This document shows positions 37,619 to 47,723 of a stretch of 64,000 bases of DNA, one piece after another. Made by a program: the position numbers and the translations under genes. The notes beneath the pieces were generated by a model. The model was not told the origin of the DNA. It saw only the letters and a program-made list of their open reading frames with translations, and searched no databases. Each line of letters opens with the position of its first letter. The stretch's first letter is position 1. Source of the stretch: Erysipelotrichaceae bacterium (GTDB lineage: Bacteria > Bacillota_I > Bacilli_A > Erysipelotrichales > Erysipelotrichaceae); assembly GCA_034932685.1 (NCBI GenBank), contig JAYFOM010000018.1:15011-79010 (forward strand). Direction: 5' to 3'.

Positions 37619-38899
37619 TCACTCACAACCAGTAATGACAACATTATCTAAGCATATATACTTAGGTATCTGAAAGTTATCACAAAGTACTAACTCGCTT
37701 GCTAATAGCATTGTTTTCTCACTAGTCTTAATATTACCAGCAATACTACCACCACTAACAGGAACTACTTTCTCACCATCATAGTAATAAGCTAAACGCA
37801 ATTCACCAGCGAAATCTCCTGTTGCGGTATTACATTGAAAATCAGAGAATTCAACAGCGTGCAAGTAAGGATCTTTCATAAATGCGGTAGCTGATTGACT
37901 ACCAGCTGAAAATGCAAAGTTACGAAAGACAGCTGGATTACTTCTATTAAGATAGTAACTAAATTGTTGATTACCCCAGAAATCTACACAGATGTTATCT
38001 TTGATCAAAACGCGATCAATAAGCGGATTGCCATCATCATCATAACTACCATTCTTACTGGAATTATCTATATTAGCTTTACCAACAAGGCTTATTTTAT
38101 CACCAACACTTGCTTCAATGATATCTTGATCTATATCATATTGTGATATCTGCATATACTTGCTTGAAGCATTAGTCATATCAACATAATAGTTCAACAT
38201 CGTTTTAACATTACGCTCACTTAATAATACCTTTATCGTATTTAATGTTGGCGTTTTCTTCGCAATTAAACGATCTTTACCAATCTTGAATGCTTCATTT
38301 ATTTCGTTTGCCAATGCTTTTATATCACATGTTGAAGAGGTAATATTACGATATATTTCTACTTCTTTATCATCTTTTTTAGCTGTTATGATTATCTCTG
38401 CTTGACTGTCCAAGGTATCATAACTTACATCTAGTTTATTACCATTGACGATACGAACTTGTTTCTCATTAACAAATATCTCGAAAGAGTTAATACAGAT
38501 ATCTTTAACATGATCTTGAGCTAAGATAGTTTCTATCATTGCTTTTGCGACAGTTAAAGCATCTGTCTTTTTGTTTTGTTCAATAACGTGCTTCTGTGGT
38601 TGTGGTAATTCATAGTAAGGGTTTTTCACAAACTGCGCGCTATATAACATCTGATCTATTATCTTTATCATCTCATCATCACTGATATTTGGATGTATTT
38701 CCTGACTTGTTGAACCAAGATATTTTTCATCATCAATCTTCTTAAAAATCGTTAAAAATGTATGATCTACTTCTTTGATCCGATTCATTTCAAGTTTGCG
38801 ATCAATAAAGAAGAACTCATGTGCCATTGTTTTAACATTTGTTATCTTATAATTATCAGCACTTGTTTGTGCAACTATCTCTTTTATGCGATCGATCAT
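37619..38899 (-). CDS. PmbA/TldE-like partner of TldD (no HExxxH)
   Basis: 426 aa with the TldD/PmbA-family C-terminal glycine-rich region (GGSIAGN). 1-nt overlap with the TldD-like gene. Confidence 0.7.
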   Translation of the reverse strand: MIDRIKEIVAQTSADNYKITNVKTMAHEFFFIDRKLEMNRIKEVDHTFLTIFKKIDDEKYLGSTSQEIHPNISDDEMIKIIDQMLYSAQFVKNPYYELPQPQKHVIEQNKKTDALTVAKAMIETILAQDHVKDICINSFEIFVNEKQVRIVNGNKLDVSYDTLDSQAEIIITAKKDDKEVEIYRNITSSTCDIKALANEINEAFKIGKDRLIAKKTPTLNTIKVLLSERNVKTMLNYYVDMTNASSKYMQISQYDIDQDIIEASVGDKISLVGKANIDNSSKNGSYDDDGNPLIDRVLIKDNICVDFWGNQQFSYYLNRSNPAVFRNFAFSAGSQSATAFMKDPYLHAVEFSDFQCNTATGDFAGELRLAYYYDGEKVVPVSGGSIAGNIKTSEKTMLLASELVLCDNFQIPKYICLDNVVITGCE

Positions 38900-40353
38900 T
38901 ATCCTAACCTCGCTTTCGCTTTGATATAAGGTCCGCCATCAGCTGCTTTCACATACTCCTTATATCCTTTCCCACAATATCCAGACCCATAAACAGCCAC
39001 ATCTTTACCAATCATAGAAATTGAACATAAAAGTTCTGGAACATAACCAGTCATTATAACCGGATTAACGATCTTACCAGTAAATGCTCCATCCACAATC
39101 TCTCTACCCTTGGTTAACATACATTGAATACCCCAATTTTTAGGATCTTCCATACCACTTTGTACACCTTCAAGTAGGTAACCATGTTTGATAGATGCTA
39201 TCATATCAGCTAGCTCATCATCACCAGACATGAATATTGTATTAGTCATTCGGGTATACGCTTTACGTTCAAACGATTGACGCTTACCATTACCCGTTGG
39301 TTGAACATTTAATCGCAATGCACTTAAAGTATCACAAATACCATTTTCAAGAATTCCATTTGCGATGATCTTAGTATCTTGAGCTAATACTCCTTCATCA
39401 TCAAATAGATATGAGGATGTATTTTCAGCACATAAAGCACCATCATGCATAGAAACATTATCAGCAGCTATTTTATGGTTGAGATGAGATTTAGCTAATG
39501 AACGATTCTTAACAAACATATCCATCTCTACACCATGACCAAACGCCTCGTGAGCGATTAATCCAGCTACTTCAGGTGTACAAATAACATCATATAGACC
39601 AGGCTCAACTCTTTCGGCCGCAAACAACGCCATCGTTGAACTCGCTGTTTCATCAATTTTTAAGTTAAGCTCATCTATTATTTCCGCTCCTTTTAATCCA
39701 GATAAAACTCGATAATCCATTTTTACCTGTTCATTATCACGAGCCAATGCGGCCATTGCGGCTTCTGAAAAGATATAGCTTTGAGCTAATTGCTTACTTG
39801 ACGATATAAAGAGTTTACTAACATTAACCATACTTAATGATACTTGAAATTCAAAAATGCGCTCATCATACTCATACCCTTTATCACTTATATTGCTTAA
39901 TGTGTCAACAACAGTTGCGATAGGTATTGCGCTAGGCATGATCGCTACTTCTTTTTCCGTAAACAGTTCTGTCTTTTCTTCTTTGATCATTGGCGTTTGA
40001 TATATCGTTAACGCTAGCTCTTTGATAAAACGATAATGATCATTAAACTTCTTGGTAACTTTATCAGCCAATATCTCAATGTTTTCAACATCAAGAACAT
40101 TGAAAGAATATTCACTATACAAGCCTTCTTGATATACCCTAATCACAAAACCACGTTCACTTAACATATAGTCACTAATACTTTTTTGTTTTTGACCAAC
40201 CCTGACACTAATACCATTAACATCGGTTGCCAATATACTAACATATGTGAATTTCGGTTTTAAAAGTTCTTCTAATTCTATAATTTTAGCCTTTATCTGC
40301 GCCAAATACATTGAATATTGTTTATGCATAAAAACCTCCACTTTATCTATCAT
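38899..40353 (-). CDS. tldD: TldD-family metallopeptidase
   Basis: HEAFGHGVE (HExxxH) plus the family's GxC/GGP C-terminal motifs. 484 aa. Confidence 0.8.
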   Translation of the reverse strand: MIDKVEVFMHKQYSMYLAQIKAKIIELEELLKPKFTYVSILATDVNGISVRVGQKQKSISDYMLSERGFVIRVYQEGLYSEYSFNVLDVENIEILADKVTKKFNDHYRFIKELALTIYQTPMIKEEKTELFTEKEVAIMPSAIPIATVVDTLSNISDKGYEYDERIFEFQVSLSMVNVSKLFISSSKQLAQSYIFSEAAMAALARDNEQVKMDYRVLSGLKGAEIIDELNLKIDETASSTMALFAAERVEPGLYDVICTPEVAGLIAHEAFGHGVEMDMFVKNRSLAKSHLNHKIAADNVSMHDGALCAENTSSYLFDDEGVLAQDTKIIANGILENGICDTLSALRLNVQPTGNGKRQSFERKAYTRMTNTIFMSGDDELADMIASIKHGYLLEGVQSGMEDPKNWGIQCMLTKGREIVDGAFTGKIVNPVIMTGYVPELLCSISMIGKDVAVYGSGYCGKGYKEYVKAADGGPYIKAKARLG

Positions 40354-40422
40354 ATTCCTTTTTTATCAATCTTACAAACTAATCATATATAGTTTTAACT
40401 GATCTTTATCAGTTCCACATAT

Positions 40423-40446
40423 AAAAAAACGGGATTTACCCGTTTT
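40423..40446 (-). terminator. rho-independent terminator of the rubrerythrin gene
   Basis: On the minus strand: aaacggg / taaat / cccgttt followed by a T-run. Overlaps the stop codon. Confidence 0.7.
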
Positions 40447-40987
40447 AGTAATTCTCGCAGTTAATCTCAAAGAATGCTTGTGGATGATTACATACCGGAC
40501 ACTCTTTAGGAGCAACTTTCCCTGTATGAAGATGTCCACAGTTGCGACATATCCAAACTGTTTCTTCAGCTCTTTTAAAGACAATCTCTTCTTCAATGTT
40601 TGCTAATAGTTTCAAATAACGTTCTTCATGATGTTTTTCAATCTTAGCAACGCCTTCCATTTTTAAAGCTATTGCGGTAAAACCTTCTGCTCTAGCTTCT
40701 TCAGCCATTTTGGCATACATATCGGTCCATTCATAGTGTTCACCATCAGCCGCATCTTTCAAGTTAACGACTGTTGTCGGTATATCATCACCATGTAATG
40801 CCTTAAACCATAACTTAGCATGTTCTTTTTCATTCTCAGCAGTTTCCATGAAAATATCAGCGATATGTTCATAACCTTCTTTTTTCGCTTTGCTGGCGTA
40901 ATAAGTATATTTTGTTCTTGCTTGCGCCTCACCAGAAAAAGCATCTTTTAAATTCTGTTCCGTCTTTGTTCCTTTAAGTTCTTTCAT
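40445..40987 (-). CDS. rbr: rubrerythrin
   Basis: N-terminal ferritin-like diiron motifs ([18 protein letters not shown]). C-terminal rubredoxin CRNCGH...CPVCNHP. Confidence 0.9.
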   Translation of the reverse strand: MKELKGTKTEQNLKDAFSGEAQARTKYTYYASKAKKEGYEHIADIFMETAENEKEHAKLWFKALHGDDIPTTVVNLKDAADGEHYEWTDMYAKMAEEARAEGFTAIALKMEGVAKIEKHHEERYLKLLANIEEEIVFKRAEETVWICRNCGHLHTGKVAPKECPVCNHPQAFFEINCENY

Positions 40988-41073
40988 AGTTCCTCCTTAT
41001 AATCTATTTAAAGATACATACTAATCATAACATCAATAATCGCTTAAATGTAGTCTTAATTGTATTTAATAAG

Positions 41074-41097
41074 TAAAAAAACAGCATTGCTGCTGTT
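41074..41097 (-). terminator. rho-independent terminator
   Basis: On the minus strand: aacagca / gcaa / tgctgtt followed by ttttttt, 17 nt after the ECF S-component stop. Confidence 0.7.
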
Positions 41098-41113
41098 AAA
41101 CATCTTAATATGA

Positions 41114-41677
41114 TTATCGCTTTATTGCTTTTATCAAAACAATAGTGATAAACCCCGCTACCACCGCTTCAATAAGGGAGTTAACAGTAAACGCTCCTAT
41201 GACAAAGGGTAAGTAATTTGCGATTGCTCCTGCGACATCAACCGTTGGGAAAAATAATTCTTTACCATTAAAGTATAAGAAACTAAACACTAACAACGAG
41301 TGGGTAATAGTACTTATAAATGCCATTAAACCATATCTTATAAAGGGTGTTTTAACTTTCGCAAAAAGCGATGCATATACCCCAGCAATAATACCAAATA
41401 ACACTCTTGGAGCAACTGATACTAACGGATTAACAAAAAGTAGATCAATTGGCGTTACTGCCCTTGTACTTGCGACAAACCAACTAGTTAAACCAAAAGC
41501 TAAACCAACAATCGTGCCACCTTTTACTTTAAATAAAAGTGCAGCGATGATTACTGGTATATGTAGAATTGTTAATGAAACTGGACCGATTTGAATAATT
41601 CCAATATTGGGAACGATACCTAAGATTATCGTAATAGCTATTAACATAGCTAACTGTGTAAGTTCTTTAACTTTCAT
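41114..41677 (-). CDS. ECF-transporter substrate-capture (S) component, substrate unknown
   Basis: About 6 TM segments with an N-terminus typical of S components (ELTQLAMLIAITIILG...LHIPVIIAALLF). ATG at 41677 follows aaggag. No EcfA/A'/T genes in the window. Confidence 0.6.
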   Translation of the reverse strand: MKVKELTQLAMLIAITIILGIVPNIGIIQIGPVSLTILHIPVIIAALLFKVKGGTIVGLAFGLTSWFVASTRAVTPIDLLFVNPLVSVAPRVLFGIIAGVYASLFAKVKTPFIRYGLMAFISTITHSLLVFSFLYFNGKELFFPTVDVAGAIANYLPFVIGAFTVNSLIEAVVAGFITIVLIKAIKR

Positions 41678-41699
41678 ACTCGTTCTCCTTGTTTTTAGA

Positions 41700-42443
41700 T
41701 TAGCATGCAGAGCGGTTGCTTTCAAGCAAATCGACTTGATAAAATACTTCAGCGATATCTTGATTAATTACTAGATCCGCTTGATTATCAAATGTGGTCT
41801 TATCCTTATTGATGATAATCAGTGATTCACCATCAAAATAATTCAATAAACCAGCTGCTGGATAAACCGTTAATGATGAACCAACGACAATCAAGTGTTT
41901 AGCATTATTGATCTTATTGATTGCTTGCTTTATCACTTCCGTTTTTAATGGTTCTTCATATAAAACAACATCTGGTTTGATAAGTCCACCACAATCACAC
42001 TTTGGTAGTTTCATTATCATTATATCTTTTAAGTTATATTGCTTATGACAGCTAACACAGTAATTAGTATTAATATCACCATGTAGTTTGATGACATCAT
42101 AAGGATAGGCTGCTTCATGTAAGTTATCAATGTTTTGGGTTATAACAGCAATTACTTTGTTTTGTTTTTGCATTTTCGCAATAAAATGGTGAGCAATATT
42201 GCTTGTAGCGTTTTGATATACCATATAACTACGATAAAAATCATAGAATGCTTGGGTGTCTTGATAGAAGAAAGTATTACTAAGTATAAACTCAATTGGA
42301 TAAGAAAGTTTGTTTTGATTTAACCCGTTACTTCCACGAAAATCTGGTATACCACTCAAAGTTGAAATGCCAGCACCAGTGAAAAAAACGATATCACTAC
42401 CATGTGTAAATAATCGATCAAGAATGCTGAGCCAATCCGACAT
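41700..42443 (-). CDS. cobB: NAD-dependent protein deacylase (Sir2 family)
   Basis: GAGISTLSGIPDFRG, QNIDNLH, Zn ribbon CVSC...CDCGG, GSSL. ATG at 42443 follows aggtgg. Confidence 0.85.
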   Translation of the reverse strand: MSDWLSILDRLFTHGSDIVFFTGAGISTLSGIPDFRGSNGLNQNKLSYPIEFILSNTFFYQDTQAFYDFYRSYMVYQNATSNIAHHFIAKMQKQNKVIAVITQNIDNLHEAAYPYDVIKLHGDINTNYCVSCHKQYNLKDIMIMKLPKCDCGGLIKPDVVLYEEPLKTEVIKQAINKINNAKHLIVVGSSLTVYPAAGLLNYFDGESLIIINKDKTTFDNQADLVINQDIAEVFYQVDLLESNRSAC

Positions 42444-42447
42444 TTTT

Positions 42448-43005
42448 TTATCCACCTAAATGAACAACCAGAACTCTAAAAGCCATAAAGATAAGTATAC
42501 AGCCACCAATGATATCAGCTTTATCTTTTAAGAATGTACCACATCTTTGTCCAAAGTTAAGTCCAAAAAGACAAATGACAAAAGTAATGATCGCAATGAT
42601 CAAAGCGCCATAAACAATGTTAACATCTAAAAAGGCAAAGGTTATCCCTACCGCAAAAGCATCGATACTGGTGGCGATTGCCAAACAGATTATGGTTTTC
42701 CAATCAAGCGCACAGTCAATCTGTTCACTTTGATTACGGTCAACTATCATCTTTCCACCAATGATCACTAAAATAAATGCGATAACCCAATGATCATATT
42801 GTTGAATGACATCACTAAACATAGCACCAAGTCCATAACCTAAGACTGGCATCAAACCTTGAAAAAGACCAAACAAACTGATCATTTTTAAGCCATTTTG
42901 CTTACTCATGTTACAATCACCCATTGCTTTGGCAAAGGTGATTGCTAATGCATCCATTGCTAAGCCAAAACCAATGATTCCAATACTAATAAATGACATT
43001 ATCAA
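42448..43005 (-). CDS. mntP: manganese efflux pump MntP family
   Basis: Duplicated DUF204 halves, each with the DA(L/F)A(I/V)G motif (AMDALAI, SIDAFAVG). Confidence 0.8.
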   Translation of the reverse strand: MIMSFISIGIIGFGLAMDALAITFAKAMGDCNMSKQNGLKMISLFGLFQGLMPVLGYGLGAMFSDVIQQYDHWVIAFILVIIGGKMIVDRNQSEQIDCALDWKTIICLAIATSIDAFAVGITFAFLDVNIVYGALIIAIITFVICLFGLNFGQRCGTFLKDKADIIGGCILIFMAFRVLVVHLGG

Positions 43006-44228
43006 TCACCTTTCTTCAGTGATGATGCCATACAAATGATATTATTGATGATACTCACACTTAACACCATATCTTCAACACAACAAAATTCATTACGTCC
43101 ATGGAAATTTTGTCCACCAGCACCAATATTAGGACACAATATACCTTTGTAAGTAAGTTCAGCACCATCAGTTCCACCTCTGATAGCTAATCTTTTTGGT
43201 GTTAGACCTACAGCACTGATCGCTTTCTCTGCTAACTCAACAATATACATCTTATTATCAAACGCTTTTCTCATGTTTTTGTAACTATCACTAATGTTTA
43301 ATGTGACCGTATCATCAAGATAACGCTTATTAACAAAGGCTGCGCAATCAATAAACATTTCTTTCTGCTTAGTAAATAATGATTCATCATGATTTCTGAT
43401 AATATAGTTAAGCTTAGTTAGTTCACAATCACCTTCAATATTCATCAAGTGATTAAAGCCTTCATACCCTTCAGTATGTTCAGGTCTTGCGACACTTGGT
43501 AGTAGCTGATGAAATTCCATCGCAACGTTTATCGCATTGATCATTTTATTCTTTGCACTACCAGGGTGGGTTGATATTCCCTTGACAATGACTTGAGCGG
43601 ATGCCGCATTGAAGTTTTCAAACTCAATTTCTTCTGGTTTACCACCATCAACAGTAAAAGCAAAATCACAATCAAAATAAGCTTTATTAAACTTAATTGT
43701 TCCTCTTCCTACTTCTTCATCAGGATTAAAGAGAACACATACCTTACCATGTTTGACTTTTGGATTGCTTGTAAAGTAACTCAAACTTTCCATGATTGCG
43801 GCGATGCCGGCTTTATCATCAGCGCCTAATAATGTATTACCATCTGTCACGATCAAGGTCTTATTGATATAGTCGCTTAGTTGTGGAAATCGCGCTACTG
43901 TTGTTACAACTTCATCATTTAGCCAAATATCCTTACCATCATAATTTTCAATAACTCTTGGTTTGATATTAGCGCCACTTACGGCATCAGATGTGTCCAT
44001 ATGTGCCATAAGGCCAATTGTTACCGCATTATCAACGTTGGCTTCAAGATACCCATAAACATAACCATACTCATCCATAAAAGCATTATCAATACCAATG
44101 TCTTGCAGCTCTTTGACTAAGTAAGCACCAAGTAGTTTCTGTTTTGCAGAACTTGGAATTGTATTGCTGTTTGGATTAGCTGTCGTGTCATAAGCAACAT
44201 AACTTAAAAAACGTTCTTTTACTCCCAT
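43002..44228 (-). CDS. pepT: peptidase T (tripeptide aminopeptidase)
   Basis: ERFLSYVAYDTT, MAHMDTSD, GADDKAGIA, NPDEEVG (M20B motifs). ATG at 44228 follows GAGGAG. Confidence 0.85.
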   Translation of the reverse strand: MGVKERFLSYVAYDTTANPNSNTIPSSAKQKLLGAYLVKELQDIGIDNAFMDEYGYVYGYLEANVDNAVTIGLMAHMDTSDAVSGANIKPRVIENYDGKDIWLNDEVVTTVARFPQLSDYINKTLIVTDGNTLLGADDKAGIAAIMESLSYFTSNPKVKHGKVCVLFNPDEEVGRGTIKFNKAYFDCDFAFTVDGGKPEEIEFENFNAASAQVIVKGISTHPGSAKNKMINAINVAMEFHQLLPSVARPEHTEGYEGFNHLMNIEGDCELTKLNYIIRNHDESLFTKQKEMFIDCAAFVNKRYLDDTVTLNISDSYKNMRKAFDNKMYIVELAEKAISAVGLTPKRLAIRGGTDGAELTYKGILCPNIGAGGQNFHGRNEFCCVEDMVLSVSIINNIICMASSLKKGD

Positions 44229-44277
44229 ATAAGCTCCTCTTTCTTCATTCAATCATTTTACCACTTATCACTACCAA

Positions 44278-44305
44278 ATAAAAAGCCTTTGATAAAATCA
44301 AAGGC
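44278..44305 (-). terminator. rho-independent terminator
   Basis: On the minus strand: gcctttgat / ttt / atcaaaggc followed by tttttatt, just after the xth stop. Confidence 0.7.
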
Positions 44306-44312
44306 ATGACTT

Positions 44313-45071
44313 CTAAAGTTCAATATTTAGTTGTACTGGACAATGATCACTTCCATAGACATCCATGTAGATAATACTATCCTTTATCTTTGGTGCTAAA
44401 CGACTTGATGTTAAGAAGTAATCAATACGCCAACCAGCGTTATTTTCACGAGCATTAAAACGATAACTCCACCATGAATATACATCCGTTTTATCAGGAT
44501 AAAGATAGCGGAAACTATCAATGAAGCCTTCTTTCAATAAATCAGTCATCTTAGCTCTTTCTTCTAAAGTAAAACCAGCATTCTTCGTATTTGCTTTAGG
44601 ATTTTTCAAATCAATCTCTTGATGAGCCACATTGAGATCACCACATATGATAACCGGTTTATGTTGATCAAGTTTTAATAGATACTTCTTAAAATCATCT
44701 TCCCAATCCATACGGTAATCTAAACGTAGTAAACCATCCTTACTATTTGGTGTATAAACTGTTACTAGATAGTAAGTAGGAAACTCACACGTGATAACTC
44801 TTCCTTCTTGATCATGTTCTATAATATCAATACCATAGGTCACATTAAGTGGTTTTTCTTTTGTGAAGACAGCAGTTCCAGAATAGCCCTTCTTGACTGC
44901 TGAGTTGAAGTATTGATGATAACCTGGTAAATCCAAACTAAGCTGATGTTCTTGCATTTTAGTTTCTTGTAAACAAAACGCATCAGCATCAACATGATGA
45001 AAGAAATCAAGAAATCCTTTATTAACGCAAGCTCTTAAACCATTAACATTCCACGAAACCAATTTGATCAT
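44313..45071 (-). CDS. xth: exodeoxyribonuclease III
   Basis: SWNVNGLRA, LQETK, CGDLNVAH, SDHCPV. Confidence 0.9.
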   Translation of the reverse strand: MIKLVSWNVNGLRACVNKGFLDFFHHVDADAFCLQETKMQEHQLSLDLPGYHQYFNSAVKKGYSGTAVFTKEKPLNVTYGIDIIEHDQEGRVITCEFPTYYLVTVYTPNSKDGLLRLDYRMDWEDDFKKYLLKLDQHKPVIICGDLNVAHQEIDLKNPKANTKNAGFTLEERAKMTDLLKEGFIDSFRYLYPDKTDVYSWWSYRFNARENNAGWRIDYFLTSSRLAPKIKDSIIYMDVYGSDHCPVQLNIEL

Positions 45072-45568
45072 CGATAATAGATCACTTTCTGACCATCAAA
45101 GCGATTTACCTCAAGAGTTGGTTCTTTCAAATAACCAAACTGAACAGCAGCAACTGGTAATAGATTATCCGGAATATTGTAAAACTCACGATAAATTCTA
45201 ATACGTTCAGGATCAGGGCCAATTGCACACCAACAGCTTCCAATATCCATCGCTATCGCTTGTAATAACATATTTTGAATAGCAGCTCCACAATCAGTAT
45301 AGATATACTCAGGTGAAGATACATTTAGATCTCCCATAACTACAATAGACAAAGCTGCTTCTGCTGTCATTTTCGCATGGGAGTTAAGATCAGCGATCGC
45401 TACTAGTTTTTTACGATCGGTGACAACGATAAAGCGCCATTCTTGTTTATTGCGTGCTGTTGGTGCTAACATGGCTGCTTGTAAGATGGCTGATATCTTT
45501 TCCTCTTCTATTGGTTTGGCAAGATATGTTCTAACACTTCTTCTTTTCTTGATAACATCTAGTATCAT
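45068..45568 (-). CDS. nitroreductase-family protein
   Basis: KKRRSVRTY and APTARNKQEWRF motifs. ATGA overlap with xth. Confidence 0.8.
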   Translation of the reverse strand: MILDVIKKRRSVRTYLAKPIEEEKISAILQAAMLAPTARNKQEWRFIVVTDRKKLVAIADLNSHAKMTAEAALSIVVMGDLNVSSPEYIYTDCGAAIQNMLLQAIAMDIGSCWCAIGPDPERIRIYREFYNIPDNLLPVAAVQFGYLKEPTLEVNRFDGQKVIYYR

Positions 45569-45569
45569 A

Positions 45570-47180
45570 TTATAACCCCTTTCTATATACTATATTACCA
45601 TCAACCATCGTTAATAATGGTTTTATGTCTTTTATATTTTTAGCTTCAATTGTAAATATGTCTTGATCAACAACAACAAGATCAGCTAAATAACCTACTG
45701 ATAAGCGTCCCTTAGTTTTCTCCGCAAACTCTACATAAGCACTGCCAAGTGTGTAAGCATCAATCGCTTTTGTCACATCAACACGCTCTAAAGGATAAAA
45801 ACCAACCTCCGGATAACCATTATAATCTTGTCTTAATACTGCACAATAAATATTATAGAAAGGATTACAATCTTCAACAGGACTATCGGTGCTATAAGCA
45901 ATTTTACCATTTAGTTTCGCTAAGGTATTAAAGGCATAAGAAGTTGATGCTAGTTTTTCATCAATCCTTTTATTGACAATATGAAGGTCATATTGCAAAA
46001 AGATTGGTTGATAATACACCCCTATTTGCATATCGGCGATCGTTTCTAATTGTGCGCGATCAGTTACTTGCAAGTGAATTAAACTATGACGATTACGATT
46101 TGATTTAGTTATGACTTGCTTATAGATATCGATTAGCGAAGCAGTTGCTTTATCACCAATTACATGTGTAACAACTTGAATACGATTAGCCTCAGCTAGT
46201 TTACAATAGGCTAAGACTTCTTGACCACTCAATACCTCGATCCCATAATTTTTTGGATCATCTTTATAAGGACTACGCATTAGAGCTGTTCTTGCCCCCA
46301 AACTACCATCTTTATATAGCTTTAATGGTCCAAGTTTTAACCATGGATGATCAATGTTTAAATGATACGCTTTAGCTTTTATCGTATCTTCAAAAGAATT
46401 AAGATCATTAAAACATACCTGAAAACGATAACGTAGTGGCGCTTCTTCACACCGATAAATATCTTCAATTAATCGTATCAATGTAGCATCTTCACTGAAA
46501 TCACTAATGTCATTAGACTGTACACTTGTGATGCCAAGGGCAACTGCTTGTTCCATCGTATTTATCAGTAGTTTTCTTACCGTCTTTAGATCAAGAGTTG
46601 GTAATAAGGCAAGTGGCTTTTCACAAGCTTTTTCGGTAAAGATACCTGTTGGATAACCATATTCATCAACTTCAAAAGTACCACCTTCATATTGTTCACT
46701 ACTATGATCTAAACCAAGCATGGTTATCGCTTTGGTGTTAGTTACTAAAGAATGACCACAAACGCGACGCAGTACAATTGGAATCGTTGTTGATATCTTA
46801 TCAAGATCATGACGATCAGGCATTCTTTGATCATTGAAATAATCTTGATTCCATCCTCTTCCCCCTAATCCGTCTTTTGTAAGTTCAGGGTTTTCTTTAA
46901 TAAAAAGACGACAGCTATCAATTAGATCATTTATGGAACGGCAGTGATTAAGTTGTACTTGTGCTGCGCCTAAAGCCATATTTAAAAGATGTATATGAGC
47001 ATCATTTAAGCCAGGTATTACCGTTTTACCCTCACAATCAATCAAGATGGCATTTTCAGCACTCATTAATACATCTTCATTACTACCAATCATTGTTATC
47101 ATATTGTCATCTATTAATATAGCTTCTTCAAAATGATCATTTTCGATATAAATCTTGCCATTATAAACTACTTTTTGCAT
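45570..47180 (-). CDS. amidohydrolase (amidohydrolase-3 / YtcJ-like)
   Basis: GLNDAHIHL metal motif and C-terminal LADLVVVD...TMVDG. ATG at 47180 follows ggag, so the ORF-track N-terminal extension is dropped. Confidence 0.8.
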   Translation of the reverse strand: MQKVVYNGKIYIENDHFEEAILIDDNMITMIGSNEDVLMSAENAILIDCEGKTVIPGLNDAHIHLLNMALGAAQVQLNHCRSINDLIDSCRLFIKENPELTKDGLGGRGWNQDYFNDQRMPDRHDLDKISTTIPIVLRRVCGHSLVTNTKAITMLGLDHSSEQYEGGTFEVDEYGYPTGIFTEKACEKPLALLPTLDLKTVRKLLINTMEQAVALGITSVQSNDISDFSEDATLIRLIEDIYRCEEAPLRYRFQVCFNDLNSFEDTIKAKAYHLNIDHPWLKLGPLKLYKDGSLGARTALMRSPYKDDPKNYGIEVLSGQEVLAYCKLAEANRIQVVTHVIGDKATASLIDIYKQVITKSNRNRHSLIHLQVTDRAQLETIADMQIGVYYQPIFLQYDLHIVNKRIDEKLASTSYAFNTLAKLNGKIAYSTDSPVEDCNPFYNIYCAVLRQDYNGYPEVGFYPLERVDVTKAIDAYTLGSAYVEFAEKTKGRLSVGYLADLVVVDQDIFTIEAKNIKDIKPLLTMVDGNIVYRKGL

Positions 47181-47247
47181 GCTTGTGACTCCCATCTCTA
47201 TTTTAATTATACAAAACGATAGCGAGGCAAACAAGCAAATAACTAGG

Positions 47248-47508
47248 TCATCGTGATAGTTTATCGATAATCGTCATGATCTCATTTAACTTTTCATTTT
47301 GGTCATCATCAAGTGTTTCTTTAACACAGTGTTGTAAATGAGCGTGTAGTACCTCTTGATTGACTTTTCGTAAAATCGCCTCACAGGCCATTAATTGATT
47401 AGATATATCAACACAATATGCATTATCATCAACTAATTTTATTATGCCATCTACTTGACCTTTGGCGATATTTAAAAGACGTTTAACTTTCTTATGTTCG
47501 GCTTGCAT
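47248..47508 (-). CDS. csoR: CsoR-family copper-sensing repressor
   Basis: RLLNIAKGQVDGI and the C...H...C triad (YCVDISNQ...HAHLQHC). Confidence 0.85.
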   Translation of the reverse strand: MQAEHKKVKRLLNIAKGQVDGIIKLVDDNAYCVDISNQLMACEAILRKVNQEVLHAHLQHCVKETLDDDQNEKLNEIMTIIDKLSR

Positions 47509-47714
47509 TAGCTAATCTTAACCACATCGTAGCCTGCTTCATCAACCACTTTGATCAGTGTTTCATCACTAATTTCAGATGAACTGGTAACGACCGCTTT
47601 TTTCTCACTCAAGATAACTTCTGCTTTCACCCCAGCAATAGCTTCTAAAGCCTTAACAACCCGATTAACACAATGATTACATGACATACCTTCAATTAAT
47701 AATTCTTTTTTCAT
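47508..47714 (-). CDS. copZ: copper chaperone CopZ
   Basis: 68-aa HMA domain with GMSCNHC. Confidence 0.85.
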   Translation of the reverse strand: MKKELLIEGMSCNHCVNRVVKALEAIAGVKAEVILSEKKAVVTSSSEISDETLIKVVDEAGYDVVKIS

Positions 47715-47723
47715 TTGTTTTCC

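Noticed and set aside
40372-40596. 74-aa minus-strand ORF overlapping the rubrerythrin 3' end
   Set aside because: It is an alternative frame of the rubrerythrin C-terminus and runs through that gene's terminator hairpin. It has no independent signals.
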